A stretch of 52,972 nucleotides of DNA, from positions 1 to 52,972 of the IMG/VR virus record IMGVR_UViG_3300013014_000039; one strand, given 5' to 3'. Both the position numbers and the translations under genes were made by a program. Shown here one piece after another: positions 19,625-28,698 of this stretch (positions are counted from its first letter, which is position 1; every line of letters begins with the position of its first letter). This DNA comes from a virus (lineage: Duplodnaviria > Caudoviricetes). Under the pieces are notes generated by a model. The model was not told the DNA's origin, made no database searches, and saw nothing but the letters and a program-made list of their open reading frames with translations.

Positions 19625-21195
19625 AGTTTCTCTCCTTCGAGTTCATCTTTATACAGGTCTACCAATTTTTCGTGTAGGGACACTTTGTTTTGCAACATCG
19701 TGTACATACGCCGCTCCACCTCAGACCCTTGGAGGTGTATTACTGTCATGCTGTTATTCTGTCCGACGCGATCGATACGCGCTATACACTGTAAGTATGT
19801 TTCTACGGACATAACAGGAGACCAAAATATTACTGTGTCAGCCGCAGTTAGGGTTACCCCGTGGGATGCGGCTTGTGGTTGTATCAACAGAACTCTTGGG
19901 TCTGTGTTCTGCTGAAAGTTTTTAAATACATCTGCTCGCTGAAGAGCTGTCACATCACCAGAGATAATCTCATTAGATACACCAGCGGACTCCAAATGCT
20001 TCTGCACTAAAGACAGAGTATGTTTGTAGGGTATAAAGATAAGCACCTTGTGCAGTGCTTCATCCAGCACCTCTTGCAAGACAGACAAGCGCGGTGTTAT
20101 ATCGAACTCAACGACGTTGCCATCATCTGTGTAAACAGCCCCGCCTGACAATTGAAGCAAGCGGGTAAGTGAGGCTGCGGCATTAACTGTGCTGATAGTT
20201 TCGCCTGCGGTTTTAATCTGCATCTCTTTGACGAGATCACGATAGTACTTTGATGCTTGTGGTGACAACGGCACTAAGCGTGTTTGATAGACCACATCAG
20301 GTAGGTCAAGACATTGCGCCTTCTCATAGCGTATAGCGGGTTGCAACGCATCAAACACAGTGACACGCGACTCAGGTTTAGGCGACCACTTGAAGCGCGT
20401 AACTTGACTCATGACCTTATCGCGCCATGCAGTCTTGTAGCGTGGTACACCATCAGGGTTAACTAGTCTTGCAAGACCAAACGCATCTTCAGGTGATTGC
20501 GCGGCAGGTGTGCCAGTCATCATCCACAAGTATGTATCAGGCTTGACTAAGCGTGCTAATGTTTTCCAACGCCTAGTAGCAGTGTTCTTGTATGCGTTGG
20601 CTTCATCAACAATTATCAAATCAAACTTACCTTCAGCAATAGCCTTCTCAACTACACCTACACCGTCATAGTTGATGATGACAAACTGATAGTCACTGCG
20701 AATAATCTTTTCACGTTTAGGTGTAGCACCATGTGCTACGGCACAAGTGCGATGCATTGCAGTCTTGAACAAGTCTGCTTGCCATGCGCTGTGCATGATT
20801 GATAGAGGACAAATCACAAGCGCACGACGTACTTTGCCTTGATTCATCAGGTAATCAGCCGCCCATATAGCCGCAGATGTTTTGCCTGTGCCTGCTTCGT
20901 TGAAACAGAACGCACGACGGTGAACGGATAGAAACCGTGAAGTATCTCTTTGATGATCGAAAGGTTGAAACATCCCAGGCCACTCGTAGTCACGCTCGAT
21001 TGGCGACGGAACCTTGATGCTATTTGGGAATATGCGTGCAAGACGTTGCATCTCGTCAATACCCCAATAAACGATTACGTCTGATACACCATCTGTTGTA
21101 TCAAGCACTTCGCTTTTTTCGATGTAGCACTCAATCATCTTTGCTACTTGTGTAGAGCATTGAATCCTGACTGCACTATTGTTAACTATTTCCAT
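19621..21195 (-). CDS. SNF2-family helicase
   Basis: EAGTGKT, IVDEA, MTGTP, HGVTLTAAD and ARIDRVGQ motifs; ATG 21195 preferred (AAGG upstream). Confidence 0.9.
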   Translation of the reverse strand: MEIVNNSAVRIQCSTQVAKMIECYIEKSEVLDTTDGVSDVIVYWGIDEMQRLARIFPNSIKVPSPIERDYEWPGMFQPFDHQRDTSRFLSVHRRAFCFNEAGTGKTSAAIWAADYLMNQGKVRRALVICPLSIMHSAWQADLFKTAMHRTCAVAHGATPKREKIIRSDYQFVIINYDGVGVVEKAIAEGKFDLIIVDEANAYKNTATRRWKTLARLVKPDTYLWMMTGTPAAQSPEDAFGLARLVNPDGVPRYKTAWRDKVMSQVTRFKWSPKPESRVTVFDALQPAIRYEKAQCLDLPDVVYQTRLVPLSPQASKYYRDLVKEMQIKTAGETISTVNAAASLTRLLQLSGGAVYTDDGNVVEFDITPRLSVLQEVLDEALHKVLIFIPYKHTLSLVQKHLESAGVSNEIISGDVTALQRADVFKNFQQNTDPRVLLIQPQAASHGVTLTAADTVIFWSPVMSVETYLQCIARIDRVGQNNSMTVIHLQGSEVERRMYTMLQNKVSLHEKLVDLYKDELEGEKL

Positions 21196-21207
21196 ACTAC
21201 CTTTCAA

Positions 21208-21338
21208 AACTGTGTCCTCGTCTTTCCGAGGTGTCCGTTAGTCCTGTCGCACTGGAGTACCCATCCGAAGATGTGTCAGAAAGCGTCGTGCCGACTAACT
21301 GATGCGGTTTCTGATTTGCCCACTCACACCTGACAGCG
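21208..21338 (-). ncRNA. Putative structured leader RNA upstream of SNF2 helicase
   Basis: Several complementary helices, C-UUCG-G tetraloop, GAAA-loop hairpin and a crossing helix, right after a promoter. Confidence 0.6.
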
Positions 21339-21346
21339 TATTTAAT

Positions 21347-21374
21347 ATTATGGGGTCTGTTTTTTATTTGTCAA
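21347..21374 (-). promoter_or_regulatory. Sigma70-type promoter
   Basis: TTGACA-16-CATAAT on minus strand. Confidence 0.6.
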
Positions 21375-21682
21375 GTTCTTTTACGTTCTTTTTTGCTAGT
21401 TTCTGATACGAGGTTTCCCTTAGAGTCGCGTTTGAATGAACGATTCTTTGCCGCACTTTCTATGCGTAGTCCATTTTTGTTTGAACCACCCTTATCAAGC
21501 GCGACAACGTGTGCAACATCCTTGCCCTTGCGTTTAGGTGAAGTTTCCATCACCGTACCAGTATCACGCTTGTCGATAGAGCGACGCCCACGCTGACGTT
21601 CCATACGTCGTTCGTGTTCACCACGCTCCTTCTCTTGGTCGTATTCTTTTTTGTATGGTCTAGGTTTGTTTACGTAGGGCAT
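21371..21682 (-). CDS. HNH endonuclease-like protein
   Basis: GKDVAHVVALDKGGSN..LRIESAAKNRS motif. Confidence 0.7.
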   Translation of the reverse strand: MPYVNKPRPYKKEYDQEKERGEHERRMERQRGRRSIDKRDTGTVMETSPKRKGKDVAHVVALDKGGSNKNGLRIESAAKNRSFKRDSKGNLVSETSKKERKRT

Positions 21683-21691
21683 TACCGTTCC

Positions 21692-22345
21692 TTATTTATG
21701 AAATTGGCAAATCTTTACTGGACACCAACCACAAAGAGGAGTCGGGTTTTCTTGCCATGCGCCATTTTCGTACGATAGTCGCAATCGTTCAAGTGTTGGA
21801 TAGAAATCTGTCCACAATGTATCCAAATCTTTTCTATGGTATTCAGTGGGAATGAAGTGTTCATGCACAACAAAGAGCAAGCCTGCCTTCACATGTTGGA
21901 CTTCAGGGTAGTGTGCAAACACCATTAACGCCATGAGTTGTAACTGTTTTAAATCAGGGTACTTATTACTACCCGTCTTATAGTCAACCACAAACGCTGT
22001 GTCACCATTTATTACTACTAAGTCGGCTATGCCACGCACCCAGTATTCACCCCACTTGCATGGCTCTCGGTCAAAGTTGATTGCCATACGCAACTCAGGA
22101 TACTTAGTACCCTCCATCGCTATGAGTGGGTCAAGTTGACGTTGAAATTTCTGATAGTTTGGCAATAGGGGTTTTCCCTCGCCTACATAGTCCTCTACTG
22201 CTTTGTGAACTTCTGTTCCGTAGCGCATCTGTTCAGTAGGGAATTTGGTGTACCTTTTTAGTACCTTTACTTCGTGGTACTGGCGAGGGCAGTTGTCGTA
22301 GTCTTTAAGACCAGAGTAAGACCATTTCACTTCGTGTGTTTGCAT
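21692..22345 (-). CDS. PD-(D/E)XK Cas4-like exonuclease
   Basis: WSYS..CPRQY, GTEVH, RGIADL, VDYKTG, QLQLMA, C-terminal CGWCPVKIC. Confidence 0.85.
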   Translation of the reverse strand: MQTHEVKWSYSGLKDYDNCPRQYHEVKVLKRYTKFPTEQMRYGTEVHKAVEDYVGEGKPLLPNYQKFQRQLDPLIAMEGTKYPELRMAINFDREPCKWGEYWVRGIADLVVINGDTAFVVDYKTGSNKYPDLKQLQLMALMVFAHYPEVQHVKAGLLFVVHEHFIPTEYHRKDLDTLWTDFYPTLERLRLSYENGAWQENPTPLCGWCPVKICQFHK

Positions 22346-22353
22346 GACTGTTT

Positions 22354-23406
22354 TTAAACTGAGAGTTTCGAGGAATGTATATTAGCATCTTCAGGGTAAT
22401 TGCCAATAGCGTAGTCCTTGACTACTTTGCCATTCTCTTCATCCCCAACAAGCATTGGTGCAACCCAACTGCGCTTGCCTGAACGATAGCTCCTCCAGTG
22501 TCCTCTCCTCCAATGTTGTTTTGGAGATGCGTGTGAGCCGTGAGGTACGCTTGGCAATTCTCGCTTCTTGCCTGTTACGGTTATTAGTTTGAATTCAATC
22601 AAAGGGGTCTTACCCTTGCGAATCTTCTTTTGATTGACTTGTATCTCTCTTGGTGTTGGCGCAGACATATATACCTCACCATCATGGAATGTCATCATGT
22701 AGATAGTTTCCATAGCCCTACTTATTACCATTTGCATCTCATTCACATCTAACCAACCAATTTGTGATTGCGGTATTAGTGGTCTTATTTCCAGTACGTG
22801 CGATTCAGGGTTTTCTGATACACAAACGCATATTGTCGCTATGCCTATCTTTCCGTTAGTAGGGTTTTGCACAACTAAATGTACAAGTATGCCCTTTAAG
22901 TCGTCTGCATCTTGTTCTATTACACAAAATACAAATTCATTAATATGACCAGGGGGTACAACTTTTTCATCGCCTGCGCGTACGCCACCTGTAATCATCA
23001 CTATCTTGGGAAAAGGTAAAAGTATTTTTCCTTCTTCTATAAACAAGTCTTCATAGTTGTCGGGCGGGTAAAATGAAGGTTCAAAAATAATCTTAGGGAA
23101 GTTAGTCATCCCATCTATCCAAGCCTCCACTCCACCATCAACACTTTCAATTTTAGATTTGGTTTTATTAATTTTTACAGTGTTTATTTGGTCTCCAATT
23201 ACTCTAAAAGCCTTATCTCTAAACTGCTTATCCATGAATGCATCTCTAACGGTTGGCGCGTGGTATCCAGCCGCAAACCTTCCAAAACTTACAATATGGT
23301 AGTTAATATTTAATTTTTCTCTCTGTATATCAATCGCCTTTTGCCAAGTCTCTTCTGAAACACCGCGAGTTGGAATGATATTGATTTTGTCTTTATGCGT
23401 CGCCAT
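22354..23406 (-). CDS. Hypothetical protein with C-terminal HWRRGHWR motif
   Basis: 350 aa ORF, visibly AT-richer than neighbours, basic motif HASPKQHWRRGHWR. Confidence 0.6.
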   Translation of the reverse strand: MATHKDKINIIPTRGVSEETWQKAIDIQREKLNINYHIVSFGRFAAGYHAPTVRDAFMDKQFRDKAFRVIGDQINTVKINKTKSKIESVDGGVEAWIDGMTNFPKIIFEPSFYPPDNYEDLFIEEGKILLPFPKIVMITGGVRAGDEKVVPPGHINEFVFCVIEQDADDLKGILVHLVVQNPTNGKIGIATICVCVSENPESHVLEIRPLIPQSQIGWLDVNEMQMVISRAMETIYMMTFHDGEVYMSAPTPREIQVNQKKIRKGKTPLIEFKLITVTGKKRELPSVPHGSHASPKQHWRRGHWRSYRSGKRSWVAPMLVGDEENGKVVKDYAIGNYPEDANIHSSKLSV

Positions 23407-25264
23407 AAGTTACTCCTACTTTTGCCTCACACGCGACTGGCAAACCTTGCGCCCAGTCAGGTGCTTTGGACATCACACTTGTTACAAACTCTATTGCATC
23501 ATCAACGTCATCCTCGTCTGCCACAACTACTGCGGCATCGTGAACCGTTAAAGCAACTCTGTACCTATCGTTTATCTCGCACATCTGCGTACCTACGACG
23601 ATACGCGCCAACGCTTGAACTACGTTCTCAACTACTGCGCCACCCCAAATTGAGACTTCACCCTTGCGTGAATCGTAAACAATCTGTGTCTTGTCATCCT
23701 TGGTGACGCGACGCAAGTTAGCGTATCGGATGCGAAAGCCATTGGGTAAGATGATTCCATCTTTGTCGTAGTGAACGCACTCATACTCACCGAACGCGAT
23801 AGGCTTTTTAATCTTGCCATCTATCATGTTCTCCAACATGCGGTCGGCTTCTCTCCAAAGCGCGATGATGCTACTGTTGTTGTCCCGATAGACACCCACG
23901 ATACGCTTGCACTCTTCTTCATCAAGTTTGACGCTTACTGGCTGCGAGGTGGCAAGTGTGTGCTGTAACTTCATAGCCCCAGTGCCGTAGCCAAGACCCA
24001 GAATGCATGTCTTACCCACGAACCGTTCGGTCGGGTCTGCTTTAGTGATTGTTTTCCCATACACATTAGATGCAAATATGGAGTACACATCTTCGCCCTT
24101 GGCAAACTGTTTAACAACATCCTCTTGACCCGCAAGCCAAGCAAGTACCCTCGCTTCAATCTGCGATGAGTCTGAGTTAATCACCATGTAGCCGTCAGGT
24201 GGCACGATGGCTTTCTTCAATGCCTTCTTCTTGGGGTCACGGCTCGGCAGGTTTTGGAAGTTCACCTTGTCAGTACCCGACCAACGCCCTGTGTGTGCGC
24301 CATAGTATTTCAAGGGAATGGGTAACGCGCCTCGATTACGTTTTCCGATATCCATGAAACGCTCTATACGTTTCTCTTCTAAAGTAGACTTCGTACCAAG
24401 ACGAACCGCGCACAGTTGTTGAATAAAGGGGTCATCATTCTCAGTTAGTGCGATGAAGCCTTCATCCTTTTTTGCTAGTGCGGGTATTTGTTTGCCAGTC
24501 GTAACACTTGTTTTGTACGGCACACTTATCCCGAAACCAGTTATTACCTCTGCAAACTTCTTATTGCTAGAGAGTTTCTCCCGCACCTCTTCTTCGTTCG
24601 CGCACTTGAGTTGCTCCATCAAGCCTTGAAGCAGACGGCTCTTCTCTTCTTGTAACTCTGTTAGACGTTCTTGTAACGTTGACTGCTCGAGATACAGAAC
24701 AGGTTCTGTAAACATCTTTATCGTCATGTCAATCAGTTTGAGTTCCTCCTGGGGAAATGAAGGAATCATTAACAGAAATAACTTGTACGTAAGGTCAACG
24801 TCGTTAACGCAGTACTCACCATACAAAGCCAACTCCTCTGGTGTGAAGTCGACTCGTCTTTTGTTGATTGCTTTAACTACCTCGTCGCCTTTGACTCCGA
24901 CGTTGTAGCGCGTAGCGAGTTTAGCGAGTGAACCGCCAACCTCTACGCCATGAAGTGCGCGCGCCATGCAGAGAGTATCTGCAAGTGCCATAGGTTTAAT
25001 TCCGAAATGCCATGCCAGTATTGCACCGTCAAACAGTGTGTTGTGTGCTAGTACGAGACTTTCTTTCCAGTTGAACTGGGCAAGCCACTTACGTGTCGTT
25101 TCACGGTCTCCTGAAAACCAAACTGGAGAACCGTCGTTTACCTGTACAGATACACCGATGACTTCAAACCTAGGGTCACGGATATATTCTTCCGTTGTTT
25201 GTGTTCTGAACCCTAGGTCTTTGTCGGTATAGTACGTTTCGAAATCAAGTGTTATTAGAGACAC
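23393..25264 (-). CDS. polA: DNA polymerase family A with 3'-5' exonuclease
   Basis: ExoI LDFET, HTGRWS, motif A DSSQIEAR, motif B RFVGKTCILGLGYG, motif C TVHDA; GTG 25264 start preferred. Confidence 0.92.
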   Translation of the reverse strand: MSLITLDFETYYTDKDLGFRTQTTEEYIRDPRFEVIGVSVQVNDGSPVWFSGDRETTRKWLAQFNWKESLVLAHNTLFDGAILAWHFGIKPMALADTLCMARALHGVEVGGSLAKLATRYNVGVKGDEVVKAINKRRVDFTPEELALYGEYCVNDVDLTYKLFLLMIPSFPQEELKLIDMTIKMFTEPVLYLEQSTLQERLTELQEEKSRLLQGLMEQLKCANEEEVREKLSSNKKFAEVITGFGISVPYKTSVTTGKQIPALAKKDEGFIALTENDDPFIQQLCAVRLGTKSTLEEKRIERFMDIGKRNRGALPIPLKYYGAHTGRWSGTDKVNFQNLPSRDPKKKALKKAIVPPDGYMVINSDSSQIEARVLAWLAGQEDVVKQFAKGEDVYSIFASNVYGKTITKADPTERFVGKTCILGLGYGTGAMKLQHTLATSQPVSVKLDEEECKRIVGVYRDNNSSIIALWREADRMLENMIDGKIKKPIAFGEYECVHYDKDGIILPNGFRIRYANLRRVTKDDKTQIVYDSRKGEVSIWGGAVVENVVQALARIVVGTQMCEINDRYRVALTVHDAAVVVADEDDVDDAIEFVTSVMSKAPDWAQGLPVACEAKVGVTYGDA

Positions 25265-25757
25265 TAGCAATGGCTCGGTTTATATACCAACGCGCCTTGC
25301 ACAAGTCTTCATGCTTATCGCCCTTGTGGTCTGCGCGTGTGATGTACTTCACCGCATTGCCTAAGTTGTAATCTAACTTCTTCGCTTCAATGAAGTCAAT
25401 AGTTTCGATACCGCCAGTCTTGTAGTGTGGAGGTTCATTGACCATATCAGTGTGATGTTTAGTCACAATGTCCGCACCGCCTTGCATAAGCAGTTTGCCT
25501 GTGACTGGGTGAGTTCGTACCATAGGTAACGTGGCTAGTCTGTCTCTTATCTCAGCGTTAGACCTTACTTTACCCTTGCTGACCTCGAACGCTAGAGTTG
25601 TTAGTGGCACTGAGGATGCTGACTTCCTTGCCGTGTACGTGATGTTGTACACAGTATGTAGTTTCACATCACACGCTTCTGCTACCTCTTTGGGTTTGGC
25701 TCTAGGGTTCTTAGCAATGTAAGCAAGTACTTGTTTTGATTTATTCATTTTTGACAT
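25245..25757 (-). CDS. DUF3310 (T7 gp1.7-like) protein with N-terminal HTH
   Basis: DMVNEPPHY..IETIDFI..GNAVKYITRA..EDLCKARWY; N-terminal AKPKEVAEACDVKLHTVY. Confidence 0.8.
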   Translation of the reverse strand: MSKMNKSKQVLAYIAKNPRAKPKEVAEACDVKLHTVYNITYTARKSASSVPLTTLAFEVSKGKVRSNAEIRDRLATLPMVRTHPVTGKLLMQGGADIVTKHHTDMVNEPPHYKTGGIETIDFIEAKKLDYNLGNAVKYITRADHKGDKHEDLCKARWYINRAIASVSNNT

Positions 25758-25769
25758 TTTGTTTCTCCG

Positions 25770-25988
25770 TTAAAAGGGGGCTTCTTCAATTGGGGTTGAT
25801 GTTTGTGATTTCAAGTTCTTTCTATGTATCCTTTCTAATAGTTTTCCGTCTACGCGCTCGAATGGATTCCAATCGTTCGCGCATACTTTCAAGATGACTC
25901 CTTCGTTCTTCGTCAATTTCCTCTTGCGGGATAAAGACTTCTTTGGTTGTGAATCTATGTTCATTAGCACACTCTCTCCTTCTAACAT
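25770..25988 (-). CDS. Hypothetical protein overlapping the Zn-finger gene (start uncertain)
   Basis: WNPFERVDGKLLERIH...EEAPF; fills the gap 25770-25821 up to the next gene's RBS. Confidence 0.4.
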   Translation of the reverse strand: MLEGESVLMNIDSQPKKSLSRKRKLTKNEGVILKVCANDWNPFERVDGKLLERIHRKNLKSQTSTPIEEAPF

Positions 25989-26055
25989 GCCCGAATGTGG
26001 GCGAGTCTCTTGTTTGTTTTACTGATGACCATGCACTACATACTGGGCATTTCAT
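25822..26055 (-). CDS. Zinc-ribbon protein (NrdR N-terminus / Ogr-like)
   Basis: MKCPVC..VKQTR..RRRECANEHRFTTKE. Confidence 0.7.
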   Translation of the reverse strand: MKCPVCSAWSSVKQTRDSPTFGHVRRRECANEHRFTTKEVFIPQEEIDEERRSHLESMRERLESIRARRRKTIRKDT

Positions 26056-26153
26056 TTATCTTTGCTCAACATGAAAATTGATACGGCAACAATCACTACG
26101 ACTGCGCCCCCGATGACCATTAACATAACTGCCCATGCGATTGTTTCAAGCAT
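26052..26153 (-). CDS. 33-aa single-TM membrane peptide (not in ORF track)
   Basis: SD AGGAG, MLETIAWAVMLMVIGGAVVVIVAVSIFMLSKDK, stop overlaps next ATG. Confidence 0.6.
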   Translation of the reverse strand: MLETIAWAVMLMVIGGAVVVIVAVSIFMLSKDK

Positions 26154-26361
26154 CTTGTTCTCCTATTTCTAAAAGTTTCTCTTCCAGCCTACGAATGCGT
26201 TGGCGGTTGTATTCAACAACGCTCATTGCATACTCAAGCGATTTCTCTGCTTGCATCTTGCATATAGTTGCATCACGCATCTCTATGTCAATGATTTCTT
26301 TTAGCGTTCTTGGTCGCAACATATCTTTAATGAATGCCACTATGGTTTCTCGTTTAGTCAT
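26146..26361 (-). CDS. Hypothetical protein
   Basis: 71 aa, coupled to neighbours, SD AGGAG. Confidence 0.6.
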   Translation of the reverse strand: MTKRETIVAFIKDMLRPRTLKEIIDIEMRDATICKMQAEKSLEYAMSVVEYNRQRIRRLEEKLLEIGEQDA

Positions 26362-26645
26362 GTGTTCAACTCCTTTAATCTTTTCTCCGTTGCTCTGACT
26401 ACGTCAACCCAGTAGTAGAGGTCGGGTAGGTTGAATTTAAGTTCGTTGATGTCTTGTTCAGACAAACCAACCCAAGGTCGCTTGTAGTCTTGTATGTCAT
26501 CGTCTTCTTCAGTCATGGTTTCCTTTGATTTATTAACCCAACACACCCAGTGATAAACAGTTCCAGAGTCATTCCAAAACCTGTCACCCACTTTGAATAG
26601 ACCAAAGCATCGTGGGCATTGATGTGGCTTCAATAAGTCAGTCAT
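26358..26645 (-). CDS. Hypothetical protein (Zn-finger plus WVGL module)
   Basis: CPRC..HWVC, KRPWVGLSEQD, EKRLKELNT; ATGA coupling. Confidence 0.6.
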   Translation of the reverse strand: MTDLLKPHQCPRCFGLFKVGDRFWNDSGTVYHWVCWVNKSKETMTEEDDDIQDYKRPWVGLSEQDINELKFNLPDLYYWVDVVRATEKRLKELNT

Positions 26646-26923
26646 GTGTTCTTATCCATGAGTTTTTCTTGTACTGCGACCAGCAAACTAAATGAATTGT
26701 CTTTATGTTTTACACAAAATTCAAAGCATTCTTCCTTTGTCAAATCAACCCACGGCTTCTCCAACTGAGCAACCCTATCAGACAAGACGCGCACCAACTC
26801 AGTTAGCACAGCAACCTCTGCCATTAGTTGTTCTCTTGATGGTTGCTTCATGTCGCGTATGTACTCTTGCTTGATGCGAGACTCCATCTCTACACGGTTG
26901 AACTCTTCGTCTTCGGGTGTCAT
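26642..26923 (-). CDS. Hypothetical protein (WVxL module)
   Basis: KPWVDLTKEE...QEKLMDKNT; ATGA coupling. Confidence 0.6.
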   Translation of the reverse strand: MTPEDEEFNRVEMESRIKQEYIRDMKQPSREQLMAEVAVLTELVRVLSDRVAQLEKPWVDLTKEECFEFCVKHKDNSFSLLVAVQEKLMDKNT

Positions 26924-27123
26924 GCTTCCCTCGCTTTCATCATTGCGTCTGCCATTTGGTATGCGTTAGTAGCAACATCACTCCAACCTAAGTCCATGCC
27001 GTCGGCAAGTAAGCCAGACAGCAACCCTTGCATAGCCTTAGACGCAAAGTAATCACGCAAGGTCATGCCGTATTGCCCGCTATTCGATACGCTTCGTGGG
27101 AATGCTTTCTCGTTCTCAGTCAT
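26920..27123 (-). CDS. Conserved small phage protein
   Basis: AFP..GMTLRDYFASKAMQG..AYQMADAMMKAR motif. Confidence 0.75.
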   Translation of the reverse strand: MTENEKAFPRSVSNSGQYGMTLRDYFASKAMQGLLSGLLADGMDLGWSDVATNAYQMADAMMKAREA

Positions 27124-27410
27124 AGTTCTGTCTCCTCAATGATTTGTTTAAGATTAAAAACGCTCGTCTCGTCGACCACGATAGCGATACCACCGTTGTT
27201 GACAATCTCTTCTAGATTGGATTGTTGTAGTGCAGTGGGCTTGTTGCCATGCGCCTTGCACTCAATGCCAATGAACTTTCCCTTGTAACAACATACGATG
27301 TCAGGGATACCTGAACGACCAAATCCCCCTGTTGCGGGGAAGAAGACGTACATACCAAGTTTTTGTAGTTCCGCAATAGCCTTGCGTTTAACTCTGCCTT
27401 CGGGTGTCAT
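27120..27410 (-). CDS. VRR-NUC nuclease (Holliday junction resolvase-like)
   Basis: MTPEGRVK..GIPDI..FIGIECKA..PTALQ. Confidence 0.85.
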   Translation of the reverse strand: MTPEGRVKRKAIAELQKLGMYVFFPATGGFGRSGIPDIVCCYKGKFIGIECKAHGNKPTALQQSNLEEIVNNGGIAIVVDETSVFNLKQIIEETEL

Positions 27411-27744
27411 GCTCACCTCCCTTCATCTCTTGTAGAGTTGAGTTGTCTAGTACTAGTATGTATACAGAATCAGATACGCGCCAGCCAGTCTCGTTGAGAC
27501 GCGCATCTTGATTGTTGATATAAACATCTATGGGTGTTACCTCCCAAGGTTGTCTATCGTTGAACGGTATTGTGTGAATCATTGAGAACAATGCTTTTAC
27601 CCTGTCAGGCAATGTGTCCTTGGTGTAGTAGCGATACTCACCCTTGCCTACACAAATGCAATACTCGTCACCTTCTATGAACATAGGAACGCGCAGACTA
27701 TCAAACAGATAACTGTGCATCATGGGTACATAGTTTTCATTCAT
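27388..27744 (-). CDS. Hypothetical protein
   Basis: 118 aa ORF in tightly packed operon. Confidence 0.6.
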   Translation of the reverse strand: MNENYVPMMHSYLFDSLRVPMFIEGDEYCICVGKGEYRYYTKDTLPDRVKALFSMIHTIPFNDRQPWEVTPIDVYINNQDARLNETGWRVSDSVYILVLDNSTLQEMKGGEHDTRRQS

Positions 27745-28675
27745 GGTGCTTGGGGATTAGTGCAAACAATTCTCTGTAATTGTTGTAGCCTTGAGCCACA
27801 TCAATCTCATGATGGAAGTGGTCATTGCGTTGCATACTCAGTTCGTTGTCTTTATCAGGTCTACCTTTACCATCAAGGTATGTTCTGATAATCATTGCAT
27901 CAGCCGCGACTGAAGTATCAGCAAGAGTTGAATAGCGTTTCACACCACCATGAATCGTTACTTCATCTTTGTCTAAATCGAATGAAGCCTCACCAATTAG
28001 ATAATAAGTCTTGGTGTACTTTAGATTGTGGTTGTCACTCATAACACCTATGAAGGTTGCGCCCTTGGCGAACCTTTCTTTATGAGACTCTAATTGTTTT
28101 ACAGCGTTTAACTTATTCACGTACTTGTTGTAACAGGCTTTGAGGGATTCGATATTACTATCAATTATGTCCTTGTCAATACCCAAAACTACCTTAGTTG
28201 CTATCAAAGCCAATGAATCATCTATCTCGAAATGGTCATGTCCATAGCGTTCTCCTATCGACCTGAAAGCGGAACGAATACCCGCCTTGTATGTATTAGA
28301 CAATCCTTCCTCAGTTGGTATCTCACCATGCTTACGAATGTTCGCAATCAGGGTAGCAATCTTCTTAGAGTCCCTCGTATCTGCGGAACTATTCGCGCTA
28401 CCTTTTTGTTTGGACACTAATGGATTAGAGTAGAAGTAAATCGTATCTCCATTGCCTGTGCGTGAAGACCATATGTAACCCGCATTGAGATGGTTCTCCG
28501 CAGTCACTAGATGAACTTCTAGTTTATTGTTTGCTATGTCCATCACCTTCAGATTAAAAGACGAACACACCTCTACTAGAAGTTTGTTTCTCTCTCTCAT
28601 ATCATTAGAGGATTCATCAGCAAGAATATTATGCACATCAGGATTGATGCAGATAGGTGATATAAAGTTTTGCAT
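27737..28675 (-). CDS. Hypothetical protein
   Basis: 312 aa ORF with SD GGAG. Confidence 0.7.
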   Translation of the reverse strand: MQNFISPICINPDVHNILADESSNDMRERNKLLVEVCSSFNLKVMDIANNKLEVHLVTAENHLNAGYIWSSRTGNGDTIYFYSNPLVSKQKGSANSSADTRDSKKIATLIANIRKHGEIPTEEGLSNTYKAGIRSAFRSIGERYGHDHFEIDDSLALIATKVVLGIDKDIIDSNIESLKACYNKYVNKLNAVKQLESHKERFAKGATFIGVMSDNHNLKYTKTYYLIGEASFDLDKDEVTIHGGVKRYSTLADTSVAADAMIIRTYLDGKGRPDKDNELSMQRNDHFHHEIDVAQGYNNYRELFALIPKHHE

Positions 28676-28698
28676 TTCGCTTTCTCCAGTTGGTTAAT

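Noticed and set aside
21290-21315. CTGATG near GAAA as a hammerhead ribozyme core
   Set aside because: Reads CTGATGC rather than CTGATGA, lies on the non-transcribed strand and lacks the required stem arrangement.
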